From contig OZ253470.1 in the NCBI GenBank assembly GCA_965261735.1, positions 3,456,001 to 3,520,000 of the forward strand: DNA of 64,000 nucleotides. Direction: 5' to 3'. A model generated the notes under the pieces. It had not been told where the DNA came from and searched no databases. It was given only the letters and a program-made list of their open reading frames with translations. Made by a program: the position numbers and the translations under genes. Source of the DNA: Alphaproteobacteria bacterium. Lineage in GTDB: Bacteria; Pseudomonadota; Alphaproteobacteria; SHVV01. This document shows, in pieces, positions 51,742 to 62,315 of this stretch (position 1 is the stretch's first letter; each line of letters begins with the position of its first letter).

Positions 51742-51840
51742 GGGGGTTGTCACCCCAGCTGGGTGACCTGGTGCTCATGGCACAGTAATGTCGCTGGATG
51801 CAGAAAATCTCCTATGCCCGATACCGATTTCCACCGCAAC
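51742..51840 (+). mobile_element. IS6 left-end remnant
   Basis: GGGGTTGTCAC IR-like sequence, then MQKISYARYRFPP (compare MNKISYRRHRFPA at 48077). Confidence 0.55.
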
Positions 51841-52094
51841 AGTTATTCGGCGTGCATATTGGGCGCCGATCGGCGTGCTAACCTATTGACACCGTTTGAG
51901 TCTGTGGGGATAAAGTTCGGTGCCAAATAACAAGCTGGCAAGACGCGCCCGCCTCATCGGCCATCGACCTCTACGGCGCCTGTTTGGTCTTATGGGGCTG
52001 CGCCGGTGGTGTGCAGTCGTATCTTCCGCTATCGGGCTGATGCGATCATCGGCTTTGTGTGTTTGCGTGTAAATTACCCGGATCGCCGCCGCCA

Positions 52095-52430
52095 TCACAT
52101 GCGCCGCAACGTCCAGAGGACCTTTCCGACGATGTGGGCGTCCTGGGCGAGGCATGTGTAGGGTTCGTACGCGGGGTTGGCGGAGATCAGCCTGAGCCGG
52201 GGCGGCTCGGCGTTGGGCAGGACCTCGACCCGCTTGACCACGAGGCCGGTGCCGTCCCACAGCACCGCCGTCTCGCCGGTGCCGGGTGCGCGGCGGGTCA
52301 CGTCGACCAGCAGCCGGTCGCCGTCGGAGACGAGGGGCTCCATGGAGTCGCCGCGCGCGCGCAGGACACGGAGATTGCCGGGTTCAGCGTCGCCCTCGTG
52401 ACGGATCATTCCCTCGGGCAGGTACCAGCG
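52095..52430 (-). pseudogene. S24 (LexA/CI-type) peptidase C-terminal fragment
   Basis: GDSMEP, GDRLLVD, VVKRV, LISANPAY, IVGKV; HTH missing. Confidence 0.8.
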
Positions 52431-52451
52431 CCATGAGGACAGACAGCGCCG

Positions 52452-53861
52452 TCATCTTGGCCTCTTTCGTGCTTCGCTGATTCTATCCTCTTCGTCGTAG
52501 TAGCCCTCCATAAATGCCCCTTCGATGAACCGCGATACGACGTCGTCCGCATCTTCGTCGATGCCGAGCTCCTTCAGGGTCTTCACGCATAATCCGGCCA
52601 GTCCGGCCCTCAACACTCTCGTATACGAGAACTTGCTCCTCGGTCGATCATAAACCGCCGACAGGACCTCGTCGCGGTAATTGGAAGCCTCGCGCACCCA
52701 CCAGGACACCCGCTCTCTGAAGCCCTGCTTCAACGTCTCCCTCAGCGCTTCAGGCATCCAGCGCGACTCGTCGCACAGCAGCCAAATCAGACACTGGAAG
52801 CCATTGAAGACCTGACGGGAGTAGGAACCGTTGTGGCCATTCACGAACTCGTAACTCAGTTCGTCCGGCGTATAGTTGCCGTAGGTCGGATGCCGCCAAG
52901 CGACAAAATCTCCGCACAGCGGGGGGTTGTCGTCAACGGTGTCGGCCCTGCCATAGCGAAACGCATCGCAACTCGATGTTCTCTCCGGTGACATCAGTTC
53001 GTCGAACGCTTCCGCAAACCCGTCATCAAATCCCGGAATGGTCAGCTGTGGAGTATAGAGCGCCAGCGTTGCCGGATTCGCCTGCACACATTCAAGAAGA
53101 CCTGGCCATTTTCGAAGGTACTCGTGCACCAATCGCGGATGTGTCAACTGGCAGATCTTTCGCTCCTTTCCGTCATGCGCCCAATCGAGCTGCAGCGCTG
53201 TCCAGGCAATGTTCACTCCTCGTTCCGTCGCGCGGGAGCCGGCAGGAAAGGGAAGCGGAAAAATCCAGCGCCACTCATGATTCAGGTCGGGATAGAGCAG
53301 CTCCGCTTCCTTAATCTCGACGATATCAAGCCACCACTCATCTGTGACCACCGGTGGCGACAGTCCCTTCTCGATGAGAATGTCCCTTGCCACAACCAAC
53401 GGACTGCCGTCCGGCTGGAGTCTCTTTAGCAACTGACCAACCACGGTTCGGATACCCGACGCGGATACCGCGGCCCGCAGATCGGCAAGGGGCGGCGAGA
53501 ACGCCAGGACCTCGTCCCGCTCCACATGGTGCCAGATAGGCAGGATCATCCCGCGGTCCTCCGCCATCTCGCGGGCCACCAGACCGTTCAGCTCGCGCTT
53601 CGGCCACCGCTTGCGAAAAAAACTCGGACTGAGGACGACAATGCCGTAACGCGACGTGGCGAGCCCACGGTCTATCGCCTCGCGGAGACTGTCGCCGACC
53701 TCGAGCGCGAATTCGTCGTACCAGACTTCCAGGTGATGGGATCGCAGCGCTTCCGCCAGTGGACGGACGAACTCGTCCTTGTCCTCGCTCGCGTGACAGA
53801 TGAAGACGTCTTGGAGCTTCGTTACAGCAGACCGATCAAGATCCATCCACGTCATCCTCAC
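52452..53861 (-). CDS. TIR-domain protein with an unrecognised C-terminal domain
   Basis: DVFICHASEDK, VWYDEF, GDSL, GIVVLSPSFF, WPKREL, ILPIWH. Confidence 0.9.
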   Translation of the reverse strand: MRMTWMDLDRSAVTKLQDVFICHASEDKDEFVRPLAEALRSHHLEVWYDEFALEVGDSLREAIDRGLATSRYGIVVLSPSFFRKRWPKRELNGLVAREMAEDRGMILPIWHHVERDEVLAFSPPLADLRAAVSASGIRTVVGQLLKRLQPDGSPLVVARDILIEKGLSPPVVTDEWWLDIVEIKEAELLYPDLNHEWRWIFPLPFPAGSRATERGVNIAWTALQLDWAHDGKERKICQLTHPRLVHEYLRKWPGLLECVQANPATLALYTPQLTIPGFDDGFAEAFDELMSPERTSSCDAFRYGRADTVDDNPPLCGDFVAWRHPTYGNYTPDELSYEFVNGHNGSYSRQVFNGFQCLIWLLCDESRWMPEALRETLKQGFRERVSWWVREASNYRDEVLSAVYDRPRSKFSYTRVLRAGLAGLCVKTLKELGIDEDADDVVSRFIEGAFMEGYYDEEDRISEARKRPR

Positions 53862-54014
53862 ATGGATCGCTGCCCTCGATCCCTACCCGGGCTGAATGCC
53901 TCCTTCCCGGTGGACCGGTCACGACAGGCCACCGGCATGCCCGCCGGCCCATCTTCCTCCTCCCCGGCACCTCTTGCAATCCAATGCCCAGCCGGCACCA
54001 GCCGGTGCCGAGCC

Positions 54015-54250
54015 TCACCCGCCACCGTCCCCGTCAACATGAAATTCCGCACACACGGGCCAGTGGTCGGAAACCCTCTTGTCGCTGAAGGCCTGGTCGA
54101 CGCCCCAGACGCCCGCATAGTTCTCACTGCCGTCCGTGTCCATCACGATGCGATCGTACGCGCACCCTGAACCGGCGACATTCGTATCGGCCGTATGAGG
54201 GACAATCCAGACGTAGTCGGGTCCTGCAATGTCGAGCGGCTCCAGTATGA
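54015..54250 (-). pseudogene. EEP/DNase I-like C-terminal fragment
   Basis: ADTNV...CAYDRIV...SDHWPV. Confidence 0.6.
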
Positions 54251-54745
54251 GCGTCCTGCGCTTCGGCATCGCCTCTCCCCGCTCTCGACCGGCCCTCAAT
54301 TCAGTCATCAAACCGCATACGAGCGGCATAAAATTGGGGACCATTTGAGACGATCCGTGTCGTGGCTCGGATGGAGTACCTTGTCTCTCCGCCGTTGACA
54401 CCAGGTTGTGCTGAAGAGGTACTGGCGGCAGATTGCGCATTCTTTCGACGCCGCTTGGTACGGGTGACACAGAGTCGCGCCGGCTGATGAGTGATGGAAT
54501 ATGGAAGCGGCCCCCTATGCGACTGTGCCCAACTTGACTCAGTTGCGCCGGCTTCAAGGCCCCGCAGCGAGATTGTCATGCGGTAACATTCCGCTGAAGC
54601 GCGCCGGATTCTCGGCCACTTGGATCAGGTTGTGCATGGTTTGGTACTTGTCGACCAATCCCACTTGCTGGCGCCTTCTCATATCGTTAATCAAATTATG
54701 GCCGCAACCTAGTACTGAGTATAGAGGTAGGTAGACAATATTGAA

Positions 54746-55084
54746 ATGAATACGATGACTGATCGACACCTTGGCCCGGGTTGGGATGCCCAGGCAATCA
54801 GTAGTATTGCTGAAGAACATTATGGCGGACTGAAGGAACTGTTCGAAGCTCACGGCTGGCGAGAACGCGGCAGTAACATGATGCCGACCCAGCAATGCCG
54901 TGTTGCTGAAGTCTATGGCTCCGTCGCCAATTTCGTGCGGGACCACGAATTCGCTGCACTGATGGATCCACTCGAGGCGATTGAGCGAGACCCGCCGAAT
55001 GTCTGGCTGACCAGCGCTTACGTTCTATTTCCAGGCAATTGGGGATTACTCCATTTCACCGTTGCCGTGATGGCCGCGCGATGA
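54746..55084 (+). CDS. Hypothetical protein, probably truncated
   Basis: 112-aa ORF with globular composition; no motif recognised. Confidence 0.4.
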   Translation: MNTMTDRHLGPGWDAQAISSIAEEHYGGLKELFEAHGWRERGSNMMPTQQCRVAEVYGSVANFVRDHEFAALMDPLEAIERDPPNVWLTSAYVLFPGNWGLLHFTVAVMAAR

Positions 55085-55200
55085 GCGGCGACGGCGAGGA
55101 CCGCTTCACGCCCATCCGCAGCCGGGGCGGGAAGACGGGCGGGAACTATCTGCATCGGGTTCTGCGCGCGGCCAACCGCTTCGGCTTGCGCGAGCGTGGC
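55081..55200 (+). pseudogene. Possible N-terminal scrap of an RlxS/DUF3363-type relaxase
   Basis: MSGDGEDRFTP-IRSRGGK...YLHRVLRAAN. Confidence 0.35.
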
Positions 55201-55258
55201 GGTTTGTCCTTCAAATTGGTAATGATGCGTTGGTGGCCGATGTGTTGCGTGAGGTCGG

Positions 55259-56044
55259 TCAAACAGGTGCAGCGACCGGTTCCATCTGAAACGACAGTTG
55301 GTATTGCCAGAGGGCTACATTGCCGACTAATGACGTCGCTAGTAGCAGGTCCTCGGTGATCTTGCTGGCGACAATCACGCCGCGAACCGGTCGTCCATCG
55401 GCGAGGTTTTTCGAGATCCATGCCATGTAACGGAGAAGTTGCCCGATCACCCGGTCGTACCCGCGTGACACCTTCAGCTCGATAACCACGAAACCACCAT
55501 TGCGATCGCAGGCCAAGATATCGATGAAGCGTCCACCCACGGGAAACTCAAGACCGGTAAATGTCCCATCCTCGTCTTCGTAGAGGGTCAAACCGCCCTC
55601 CAGGACATGTAGGTTGCGGGCGAGGTAATTTTTGAGATCAGCTTCATAGGCGAACTCTGCCGACCTCTCCCTTTCTTGAACATCGGTCTCCTCATCAACG
55701 TCCTGATCATCGTCGTCGGTGCGTCGCTCATCCGCCTTCTCGAAGTCGTCCCTGTACATCGGCGCCGGATCATTGTCGGGATCCCACAGGCGGTATTGAT
55801 TGGGACCTAGCTTATAAAAGAGATCGAGCCCGCCGCCGGGGCGCGCGGTCGAGACATGTTTACGCCTGTTCGAGTTCACCGCCATCCCATCGACATGCAT
55901 GCTCACCGTATTGTTTTTGATGTTGGGGTAGCGTTCGGCAAACCAGGCAACTGCCTCCTTGCCATTGAATACTTGGCCTGGGGTCAGACGTTCTGTGGCA
56001 AATTCGCGCATTAGTTCTTTAGTTGGTTTATCGTAAATCGGCAT
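55259..56044 (-). CDS. NucS/DUF91-like endonuclease with an N-terminal winged-helix-like domain
   Basis: YEADLKNYL, GRFIDILA, VIELK, IGQLLRYM, VRGVIVA. Confidence 0.85.
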   Translation of the reverse strand: MPIYDKPTKELMREFATERLTPGQVFNGKEAVAWFAERYPNIKNNTVSMHVDGMAVNSNRRKHVSTARPGGGLDLFYKLGPNQYRLWDPDNDPAPMYRDDFEKADERRTDDDDQDVDEETDVQERERSAEFAYEADLKNYLARNLHVLEGGLTLYEDEDGTFTGLEFPVGGRFIDILACDRNGGFVVIELKVSRGYDRVIGQLLRYMAWISKNLADGRPVRGVIVASKITEDLLLATSLVGNVALWQYQLSFQMEPVAAPV

Positions 56045-56105
56045 GGCATCACCTCAATCTGGTTTTTTGGCTCGCTGTTCGGCGTCCTTGAGCGGAGCGT
56101 CGATC

Positions 56106-57210
56106 CTTGCCTATCCGGTTAACGCCCATGACCGCTACATGTAGGGTGCCACCACTCTCCCGAGTAAAGCTCGGCATAGGTTGGAGCAGAGGTGTCGCCC
56201 GCGATGCCGAGCAATGAGCGGAAGGCGTTGAACGGGTAGAACCGCCTGTTGAAGCGGAAGGTGAACTCGTTGAGGTAGGCTTGTCGGTGCTGGTGGCTAA
56301 CGCCGTGGTGGATACCGATCAGCCACGTCTTCAGGTTGGCGAAAACCAGATGGATGATCGGCAGGTATTGCTCGGCAACCTCTGGATCACCACACTCGGC
56401 AACAGCGAAGTGCTCATAGCCGCGCTTACCGAGGCCAGCATAGCCGCTCCAATCGTCAGTAACGATCAGCGATCGCGGCGCGACGGTGCTCTCGACGAAC
56501 CCACAGAGCGACTCGGCGCTACGGTCGAGCACGACGGCGAGCCGAACGCGTCCGGCATAGCGTCCGTCTTTCCGGTTGTCGAGCTTGGTGCCCGGCTTTC
56601 GATGACGCACCTCGATGGCACAGGAGACGGGAACCTTGTGGTGAACACCACGGCCTTCCCCACGCGTTCGCCCGCCAACCCAGGTTTCGTCCACCTCAAC
56701 ATGGTTCTTGGGCTGTCCACCGATCCTGTCTTGGTTGGGCCGCACCATGCCCGAGCGGAGCTTGTGGAGAATTTGAAAGGCCGTCTCGTAGCGCGAAAGA
56801 CCAAGTTGCCGCTGAAACTGCACGGCGGACATGCCGGGCGTCTGACTGGCGACCAGATAAGCGGCCCAGAACCAGACGTTCAGCGGAGTGTGGCTACGCT
56901 CCATCACTGTTCCCACCGTCAGCCCGGTGTTCTGGCGGCACTTGCGGCAGCGCAGGACGCCAGGGCGGTTTTCAAAGTGGAACGGCTCTCCCGCCGTGCC
57001 GCAGTGCGGGCAGGCAAAGCCGTCTCCCCAGCGGGCTTTCTCCAGGTAGGCGGCGCAGGCCGCATCATCGGGGAAAAGTCGCTGGAACTCGGGTAGCGAA
57101 TGCGGGAATGGGAGATCGGCGCGGTCGAGAACATCCATGGCGCGCTCCCCTATATCCGGTTTGCGCCCATTCTAGCCCTAGTGGGTGTGGGTGTAAACCG
57201 GATAGGCAAG
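56106..57210 (-). mobile_element. Complete IS1595-family element (transposase 56119-57138)
   Basis: IRs CTTGCCTATCCGGTT / AACCGGATAGGCAAG; 8-bp target duplication CGTCGATC; CPHC..CRKC, VEVDET, VTDDW, YLNEFTFRFNRR. Confidence 0.95.
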
Positions 57211-57219
57211 CGTCGATCT

Positions 57220-57470
57220 TGCCCCCAAGGCGACCGAAGACGGACTGCCGGAACAAGCCCTTCATCGCGTGCTTGCCGTTCTTGCCCGTGCACGGATCAA
57301 CGAGTTCATCGCCGACCGTCAGGGTCAGGCCAAGGACATCATCGAGTTCGCCATAGGCCTGCAATCCGGCGTCGGACGTGACTTTGGAACCGTGGAACTC
57401 CAGCTTCAGGCGGCGGCCGAAATCCAGTCTCAGAACTCCATCTTTCGATTCGCCCGTCGGGTGACCATAT
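57220..57470 (-). mobile_element. IS1380-family N-terminal fragment
   Basis: RRLKLEFHGSKVTSDAGL..Y.ELDD...GLFRQSVFGRLGG. Confidence 0.8.
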
Positions 57471-57531
57471 CAACACCCCAAATCCGCTTGTAGCACTTTG
57501 GTTCTTATACCAGAATCACGTTCATATACCG

Positions 57532-57900
57532 CTAAGCCATAGGTTTATCTGGGAACTGCGGGCTCGCCTCATCCCCCTTTTCTTCCGGCTTTTCGGGCAA
57601 GGGCATTTTCATATCATCCGCGGAGATGTCGATTGCCCGTTCGACAAGGGCGTTGTAGGACGCGGCGGTGAGGCCGGGTGTCTTCGCGGCATAGAGCCTG
57701 CGGATCACGAAATGCGGGTTCAGGATGACGGCGTGTGATGCCGTACCCGCCGCCGTGCGGATGAAGCCCAGCCCATCGAGCGCTTTGATCCGTTCCTTCC
57801 AGGTGCGTACGGCGCGCTGACCCGTGAATCCGGAATGAAAAGCCAAGTCGTGGGCATTTTGCAGGCTGACATACATCTCGTCGAACGCTTTACCCCACAG
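57532..57900 (-). pseudogene. Truncated winged-helix-like hypothetical protein
   Basis: LAFHSGFTGQRAVRTWKERIKALDGLGFI; no clear N-terminus. Confidence 0.45.
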
Positions 57901-57939
57901 AGCGAGATAGGTGATCGAGGTTCGTTTGCTGCCATCCGA

Positions 57940-58175
57940 GAGCGACCATCATCGCCGTCGAGATCGTGCGCAAGAACCCCGATCAAGTCGGCTTCGCCGT
58001 CAACCCGCGGCGCTGGGTGGTCGAGCGCTTCTTCGCCTGGATCGGCCGCAACCGGCGACTGGCAAAGGACTTCGAGGCAACCATCGCCTCAGCCCGCGCC
58101 TTCCTCTATGCCGCCTCCGTCATGCTTCTCCTCCGCCGCCTCGCCAGAAACTCGTGACTTTCGAGACGGACTCTA
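57940..58175 (+). mobile_element. IS5-family transposase 3' end
   Basis: GFAVNPRRWVVERFFAWIGRNRRLAKDFE; terminal TTTCGAGACGGACTCT. Confidence 0.85.
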
Positions 58176-58236
58176 AGGTCTGCACCAGTGTTCTGTCCCA
58201 CGAACTAGGAGGCCTACTGACTTTTACATGCGGGAT

Positions 58237-58995
58237 CTAGCTCTGACCACTCTCGATCTCGGACACAAAATTCGGATTGATAGTTTCAGCAAGATGCTTG
58301 AAGCTTTTTGAAATTAATCGAGCAGGGCTGTCTTGATTTTCCTCACAGGAAGGACACATCACAATACTTGTGTAAGGAGCGGCGATGATACGTGTCGCTT
58401 CGGTCATACATTCTATTTCTTCATCGGTTTCAGCCGACATCGATACATCTTCTCTAACAAGTCGAATCATTTCGGACTCGTCGCCATTGGCGATCCGATG
58501 CAACATTAGTCCAAATCCCTGATTCATCATCTGGTGCCTGAAATAGTGATCTTGGACACAGCAATGTGGATATCCAAGAAGGAACGATTCTTGCTCAATT
58601 GTAATGCTTCCGGCATTACAAATCTCGAAGACTATTTTCGAGATTGATCGAGATTTGCAGATATAGAAAACTGGATTCTCTGAGAGCTTCTCCTGATCTG
58701 TTGAAGCATACCATTCTGGCAATCCAATGAACTCCGGTTGTGCATGCCATTTGAGTCCCTGAATCACATGCAAGCGCATCTCGTTGGCAATGCTTTTCAC
58801 ACCCTTGACCCACTGTGGATCGTCAAATCCCCGTCCAATAAGAACAACTGGTTTGAGCCCAGATATCATTGCGAGAAAGTCCAGCATTTCCTGAGGTGCT
58901 ATTGCTTGATTGTAAGGGTCCCCGCGATCGAATGGAATCCGCCTCAATTTCTTAAGGGCGTTCCTCAGACGCGGTTTATCGACAGACTTCAACAT
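58237..58995 (-). CDS. Low-GC hypothetical Cys-motif protein
   Basis: 252-aa ORF; LLGYPHCC and CPSC. Confidence 0.7.
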   Translation of the reverse strand: MLKSVDKPRLRNALKKLRRIPFDRGDPYNQAIAPQEMLDFLAMISGLKPVVLIGRGFDDPQWVKGVKSIANEMRLHVIQGLKWHAQPEFIGLPEWYASTDQEKLSENPVFYICKSRSISKIVFEICNAGSITIEQESFLLGYPHCCVQDHYFRHQMMNQGFGLMLHRIANGDESEMIRLVREDVSMSAETDEEIECMTEATRIIAAPYTSIVMCPSCEENQDSPARLISKSFKHLAETINPNFVSEIESGQS

Positions 58996-59159
58996 GTCTG
59001 GGTCACTCAGTTTGATGACCTGTCCCCAGCGGCTGGTCCGGTTTTAATGTTTAGTACCTTTCCGGTTTCTCCGCCAAGCTGGGGGACCGGTGGAGCGGAG
59101 CCAGACGGCCAGCTTGGTTTGATGATCGTCTCTGGACACGGCGGCCAGCATCCCAGGCT

Positions 59160-59420
59160 ACGATGGGGGCGGATGGTGTTGTAGTGGCGCCGCCAGGCCT
59201 CAATGAGGAGCTGGGCTTCCTTGAGGGTGTAGAAGGTCTCTCAGCTCAGGAACTCGTCGGGCAGTCGCGCATTGAAGCTCTCAATGTATCTATGAATGGC
59301 TGCATTCGTGTCTCCCAAGGTGAACCCGGCTCGATGAAGGCGGTCCGGGCCCCGGCCGCGGTGACCCGTCGCCGGAGGGCCTCGGCGACGAAACCCGGGT
59401 CGTTGTCGGACCTGACGTTA
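59160..59420 (-). mobile_element. IS3-family transposase scraps
   Basis: VRSDN.PGF.A...TAFIEPGSPWE. Confidence 0.65.
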
Positions 59421-59478
59421 ACTCCCATAACAGGTGCTCTCCTGACGCAGATTACCCCGCGCTGCAATCAGGGCGATT

Positions 59479-59973
59479 TTAAGGCGCAGCGGTGGGCGTA
59501 CTCGTTGGCGTGACCGGGATGAGGGCCCCGGATGTCACAGCGACAACCAGCCCGCGCTCGGCTCCGGTCACGTCAAGGTAGGCTCGAACCTGATCGCGAT
59601 AGTGATCGAGAGTCCCCGGCGAGGGGTCCACATCACTCTTCCAGTCGATCACCACCTCCGGCACGCCGTCCGGATCGAATGCGATAGCATCCGCAACACC
59701 TGCCGTTGCTTCCTCGTGCGCTTCTCCCAGCTCGGAAGCGTATACCGGAAACTCCGGCTTCAACCGCGGCCTCACGGCTACCACTTCCGGAATCGACAAG
59801 GTGCGCACGACACAGTCGGCGAGTTCGGCCGGCGCGAGTCCCAAAGCGGGATCGTCCATGACCGGGCGTCCCAACGCCCGAATCAGAATGTCGGCGCGGG
59901 CAATGAGGTCCGGTGCGTACCATGCCAACGCGAGAAGGGAGGCTCGCTCCTTTCCGGTCAACTGCGAGAACAC
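59479..59973 (-). pseudogene. RecB/AddA-type nuclease C-terminal domain
   Basis: PEFPV, GVADAIA, VIDWKSD, QVRAY; helicase part absent. Confidence 0.7.
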
Positions 59974-60092
59974 GTCCTTAAGGCGGGCGTAGGAAGGCAG
60001 TCGAAAATCTCCGGCGAGATCTGCGGAGTGTTGATCGGCGCGCAGGTTGGACGCCGATCGGCACGCTAAATTATTGATTTGGCGTGATCCTG

Positions 60093-60120
60093 TGGGGTCA
60101 AATTTGGGCGCCGAACAACA
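60093..60120. mobile_element. IS21-like terminal repeat
   Basis: GGGGTCAAATTTGGGCGCCGAACAACA resembles the ends at 13573-13675. Confidence 0.4.
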
Positions 60121-60125
60121 TGGCG

Positions 60126-60386
60126 TTAGGCAGCTCGTGACCCGGGCTGCGTATTATCTCCCTGCCCCATGAGCAGACCTTCCACCGAGATATCTTCGTC
60201 AAGATCTTCCCAGTGCAGGCCATTGCCGGAATAGCCGATCCGGTAGCTTTCCCGTTGCTCAGCGGTCGCGCGCATCAATCGCGGAAACCACGCTAGAGGC
60301 ACCCCAAGCGACCGGCCGTCGTCCAGCTCGATCCACATCGTGTCGCGGTCAAAGGCGAGCTTCCTAGCTCTAACCGAAATGTTCAT
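60126..60386 (-). CDS. DUF2442 family protein (antitoxin-like)
   Basis: LDDGRSLGVPLAWFPRL...GLHWEDLDEDISVEGLL. Confidence 0.9.
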   Translation of the reverse strand: MNISVRARKLAFDRDTMWIELDDGRSLGVPLAWFPRLMRATAEQRESYRIGYSGNGLHWEDLDEDISVEGLLMGQGDNTQPGSRAA

Positions 60387-60612
60387 TCCAGGCTCTTTCG
60401 ATTTCTTCTCGGTGGTGGTGGACCAACTCGGCCAACTCCGAGAGCTGCCTTCGGTTGAAGCCAGCACTTCGGGCAACTCTTACCTCCGGATACAACCAGA
60501 ATTTCGCCTCACCGTCACTGCTTTCAGCATGGACGTGCACCGGCTCTCGGGGCGCTCCCTCGTTCGAGAAGAAGTGAAAGCGCACGTTTTGATGGCGAAA
60601 GACAACCGGCAT
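60370..60612 (-). CDS. DUF4160 family protein (toxin-like)
   Basis: FHFFSNEG..EPVHVHA...AKFWL; overlaps the DUF2442 start. Confidence 0.9.
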   Translation of the reverse strand: MPVVFRHQNVRFHFFSNEGAPREPVHVHAESSDGEAKFWLYPEVRVARSAGFNRRQLSELAELVHHHREEIERAWNEHFG

Positions 60613-60783
60613 TCAGGCTCGTCCCGTAGTACGTGGCGCCGAACTCGTTTCGTGCAGGTCCAAATTCGCCTCGTTGATCTTGTCCTGTCTCATGGAAGCA
60701 GCATACGCGTGCATTGAATGTGTGCAGAGTCTCGTATATCGCAGGACACTCGATCTCCGTCCCTCCTTAGCTGAGCTGGTGCG

Positions 60784-62058
60784 CTACACGGCGGCTATCG
60801 CGGGGACTAATTCCCCGTTCATCAACGCCTCGATTCGATCGGCGATGCGTTGTGCCGGCTCTCGGAGCTGCCTGACGGTCCAGTCGGCGGCGTAACCTTC
60901 GGTCACGTCATTGGGACGGGCATGATTGACCAGCCGCTTGGTCAACGCCGACGGCAGCATCAGCTCGCGCTCGGCGACGGTAATGAAACAGTTACGCAGG
61001 CCGTGGAACCAGAACTTCGCGCCACCGACTTCCGTGACCCGACCATAGAGATGATGTGGGTCCTCGACATGGCCCGAGGCGCTGGACGGGGAGGGGAACA
61101 CCCAGTTCCCACGGTCGGCGGGCAGATCCTCGCTCTCCGATTGGCGGCGCTCGAGGATGGCGCGCAGTTGCCCGGTGACGGGAAGCTCCAGGGGAACGCC
61201 GGTCTTTGTTTCCTCGACCCGAAAGGTGAGCGCTGCCATGTCCACCCGTTCCCACCGCAGGGTCAAAACCTCGTCCCGGCGCATGCCGGTGTAGAGCCCG
61301 AACCACAGTGCATCCCGGATCGCCGGGTTGTTGACTTCTGCTTCGATGCCGGCGCGCCAGCACGGCAGCACCTCGGCGGGGGTCGAGATCTTGCGCCGCA
61401 CTTTGCGATGAAACTTGCCGCCGCCGGCGAGCCATAGATCGACCGGATTGCGTAGGCCCTCGAGATCGACGCAAGGCCGGCGGTAGACCGAGCGCAACAG
61501 GGACATCGCGCGGTTGGCAGGCGACCAGCCGTGATCCTCGGTAATACGGTTGAAGCGGGCCTCCACATCCCGGCGGGCGATAGCATCGAGGGGGCGGGAG
61601 AGCCAGTCGCCGAGATAGCGCTTGGCCTCGTAGCGGTAGAGTTCATCGGTGCGTTTCGAGCGGTTGGGATTGGCCGCCATGTAATCCTCGAAGGCGTCGC
61701 CGAGGGTCGGCATAGCACGCGCCTCCGCGCGCTCTTCTGCTGGGTCATCGCCGCTAGCGACCTTGCCAAGAACCTTCTGCGCCAGGCGCCTGGCTTGGTC
61801 AGGAGCAACTTTCCCGTAACGGCCGATGACGACGCGTTTGTTGGGTGCCTTCCGTCCACCATCGCCTGACCGGTAATTGACAATGAAGGACTTGGCGCCA
61901 GTGGGATGCACGCGAACGCCGAATCCGGTCAGCCGGTCGTCCCATGCGATCCAGGACTTGTCGGCGGGCTTGAGACCCTCAACGGCCCGCTTAGTAAGCG
62001 TTAGCTTGGTCTTGGCAATGCGTTTTCCGATTTTCGCTTCCATGGCCCAATTGTGCAT
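60784..62058 (-). CDS. int: Tyrosine integrase with arm-binding domain (start may be 62043)
   Basis: WDDRLTGFGVRV, TGMRRDE, HGLR, LVNH, TEGY. Confidence 0.95.
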   Translation of the reverse strand: MHNWAMEAKIGKRIAKTKLTLTKRAVEGLKPADKSWIAWDDRLTGFGVRVHPTGAKSFIVNYRSGDGGRKAPNKRVVIGRYGKVAPDQARRLAQKVLGKVASGDDPAEERAEARAMPTLGDAFEDYMAANPNRSKRTDELYRYEAKRYLGDWLSRPLDAIARRDVEARFNRITEDHGWSPANRAMSLLRSVYRRPCVDLEGLRNPVDLWLAGGGKFHRKVRRKISTPAEVLPCWRAGIEAEVNNPAIRDALWFGLYTGMRRDEVLTLRWERVDMAALTFRVEETKTGVPLELPVTGQLRAILERRQSESEDLPADRGNWVFPSPSSASGHVEDPHHLYGRVTEVGGAKFWFHGLRNCFITVAERELMLPSALTKRLVNHARPNDVTEGYAADWTVRQLREPAQRIADRIEALMNGELVPAIAAV

Positions 62059-62232
62059 ATGGACCTCAAGCAGTCAACACATTGATCAACACATGAAAAT
62101 AACACTGGGCGCATCCGTGCGCATGTCTGGCGAGATCGGATACGAGAAGGGAGTTGAAAAACCCTTATTCTATGGTATGTTTGTCGTCGTCAGCGCATTC
62201 GTGCGCACCAGAGCGCAAAATAACGCGCGAGA

Positions 62233-62277
62233 CTCATAACCTGAAGGTCGTTGGTTCAAATCCAACCCCCGCAACCA
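62233..62277 (+). repeat. att core: 3' half of tRNA-Met(CAT), not a full gene
   Basis: CTCATAACCTGAAGGTCGTTGGTTCAAATCCAACCCCCGCAACCA (anticodon loop, T arm, CCA); no D arm or 5' acceptor upstream. Confidence 0.88.
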
Positions 62278-62280
62278 AAT

Positions 62281-62315
62281 AAAACGCCGCTAACGCAATA
62301 TGTTAGCGGCGTTTT
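62281..62315. terminator. Hairpin after the tRNA 3' end
   Basis: AAAACGCCGCTAAC-7nt-GTTAGCGGCGTTTT perfect stem. Confidence 0.7.

Noticed and set aside
62200-62277. Complete tRNA-Met gene
   Set aside because: The 5' acceptor strand and D arm are missing; treated as an att core.
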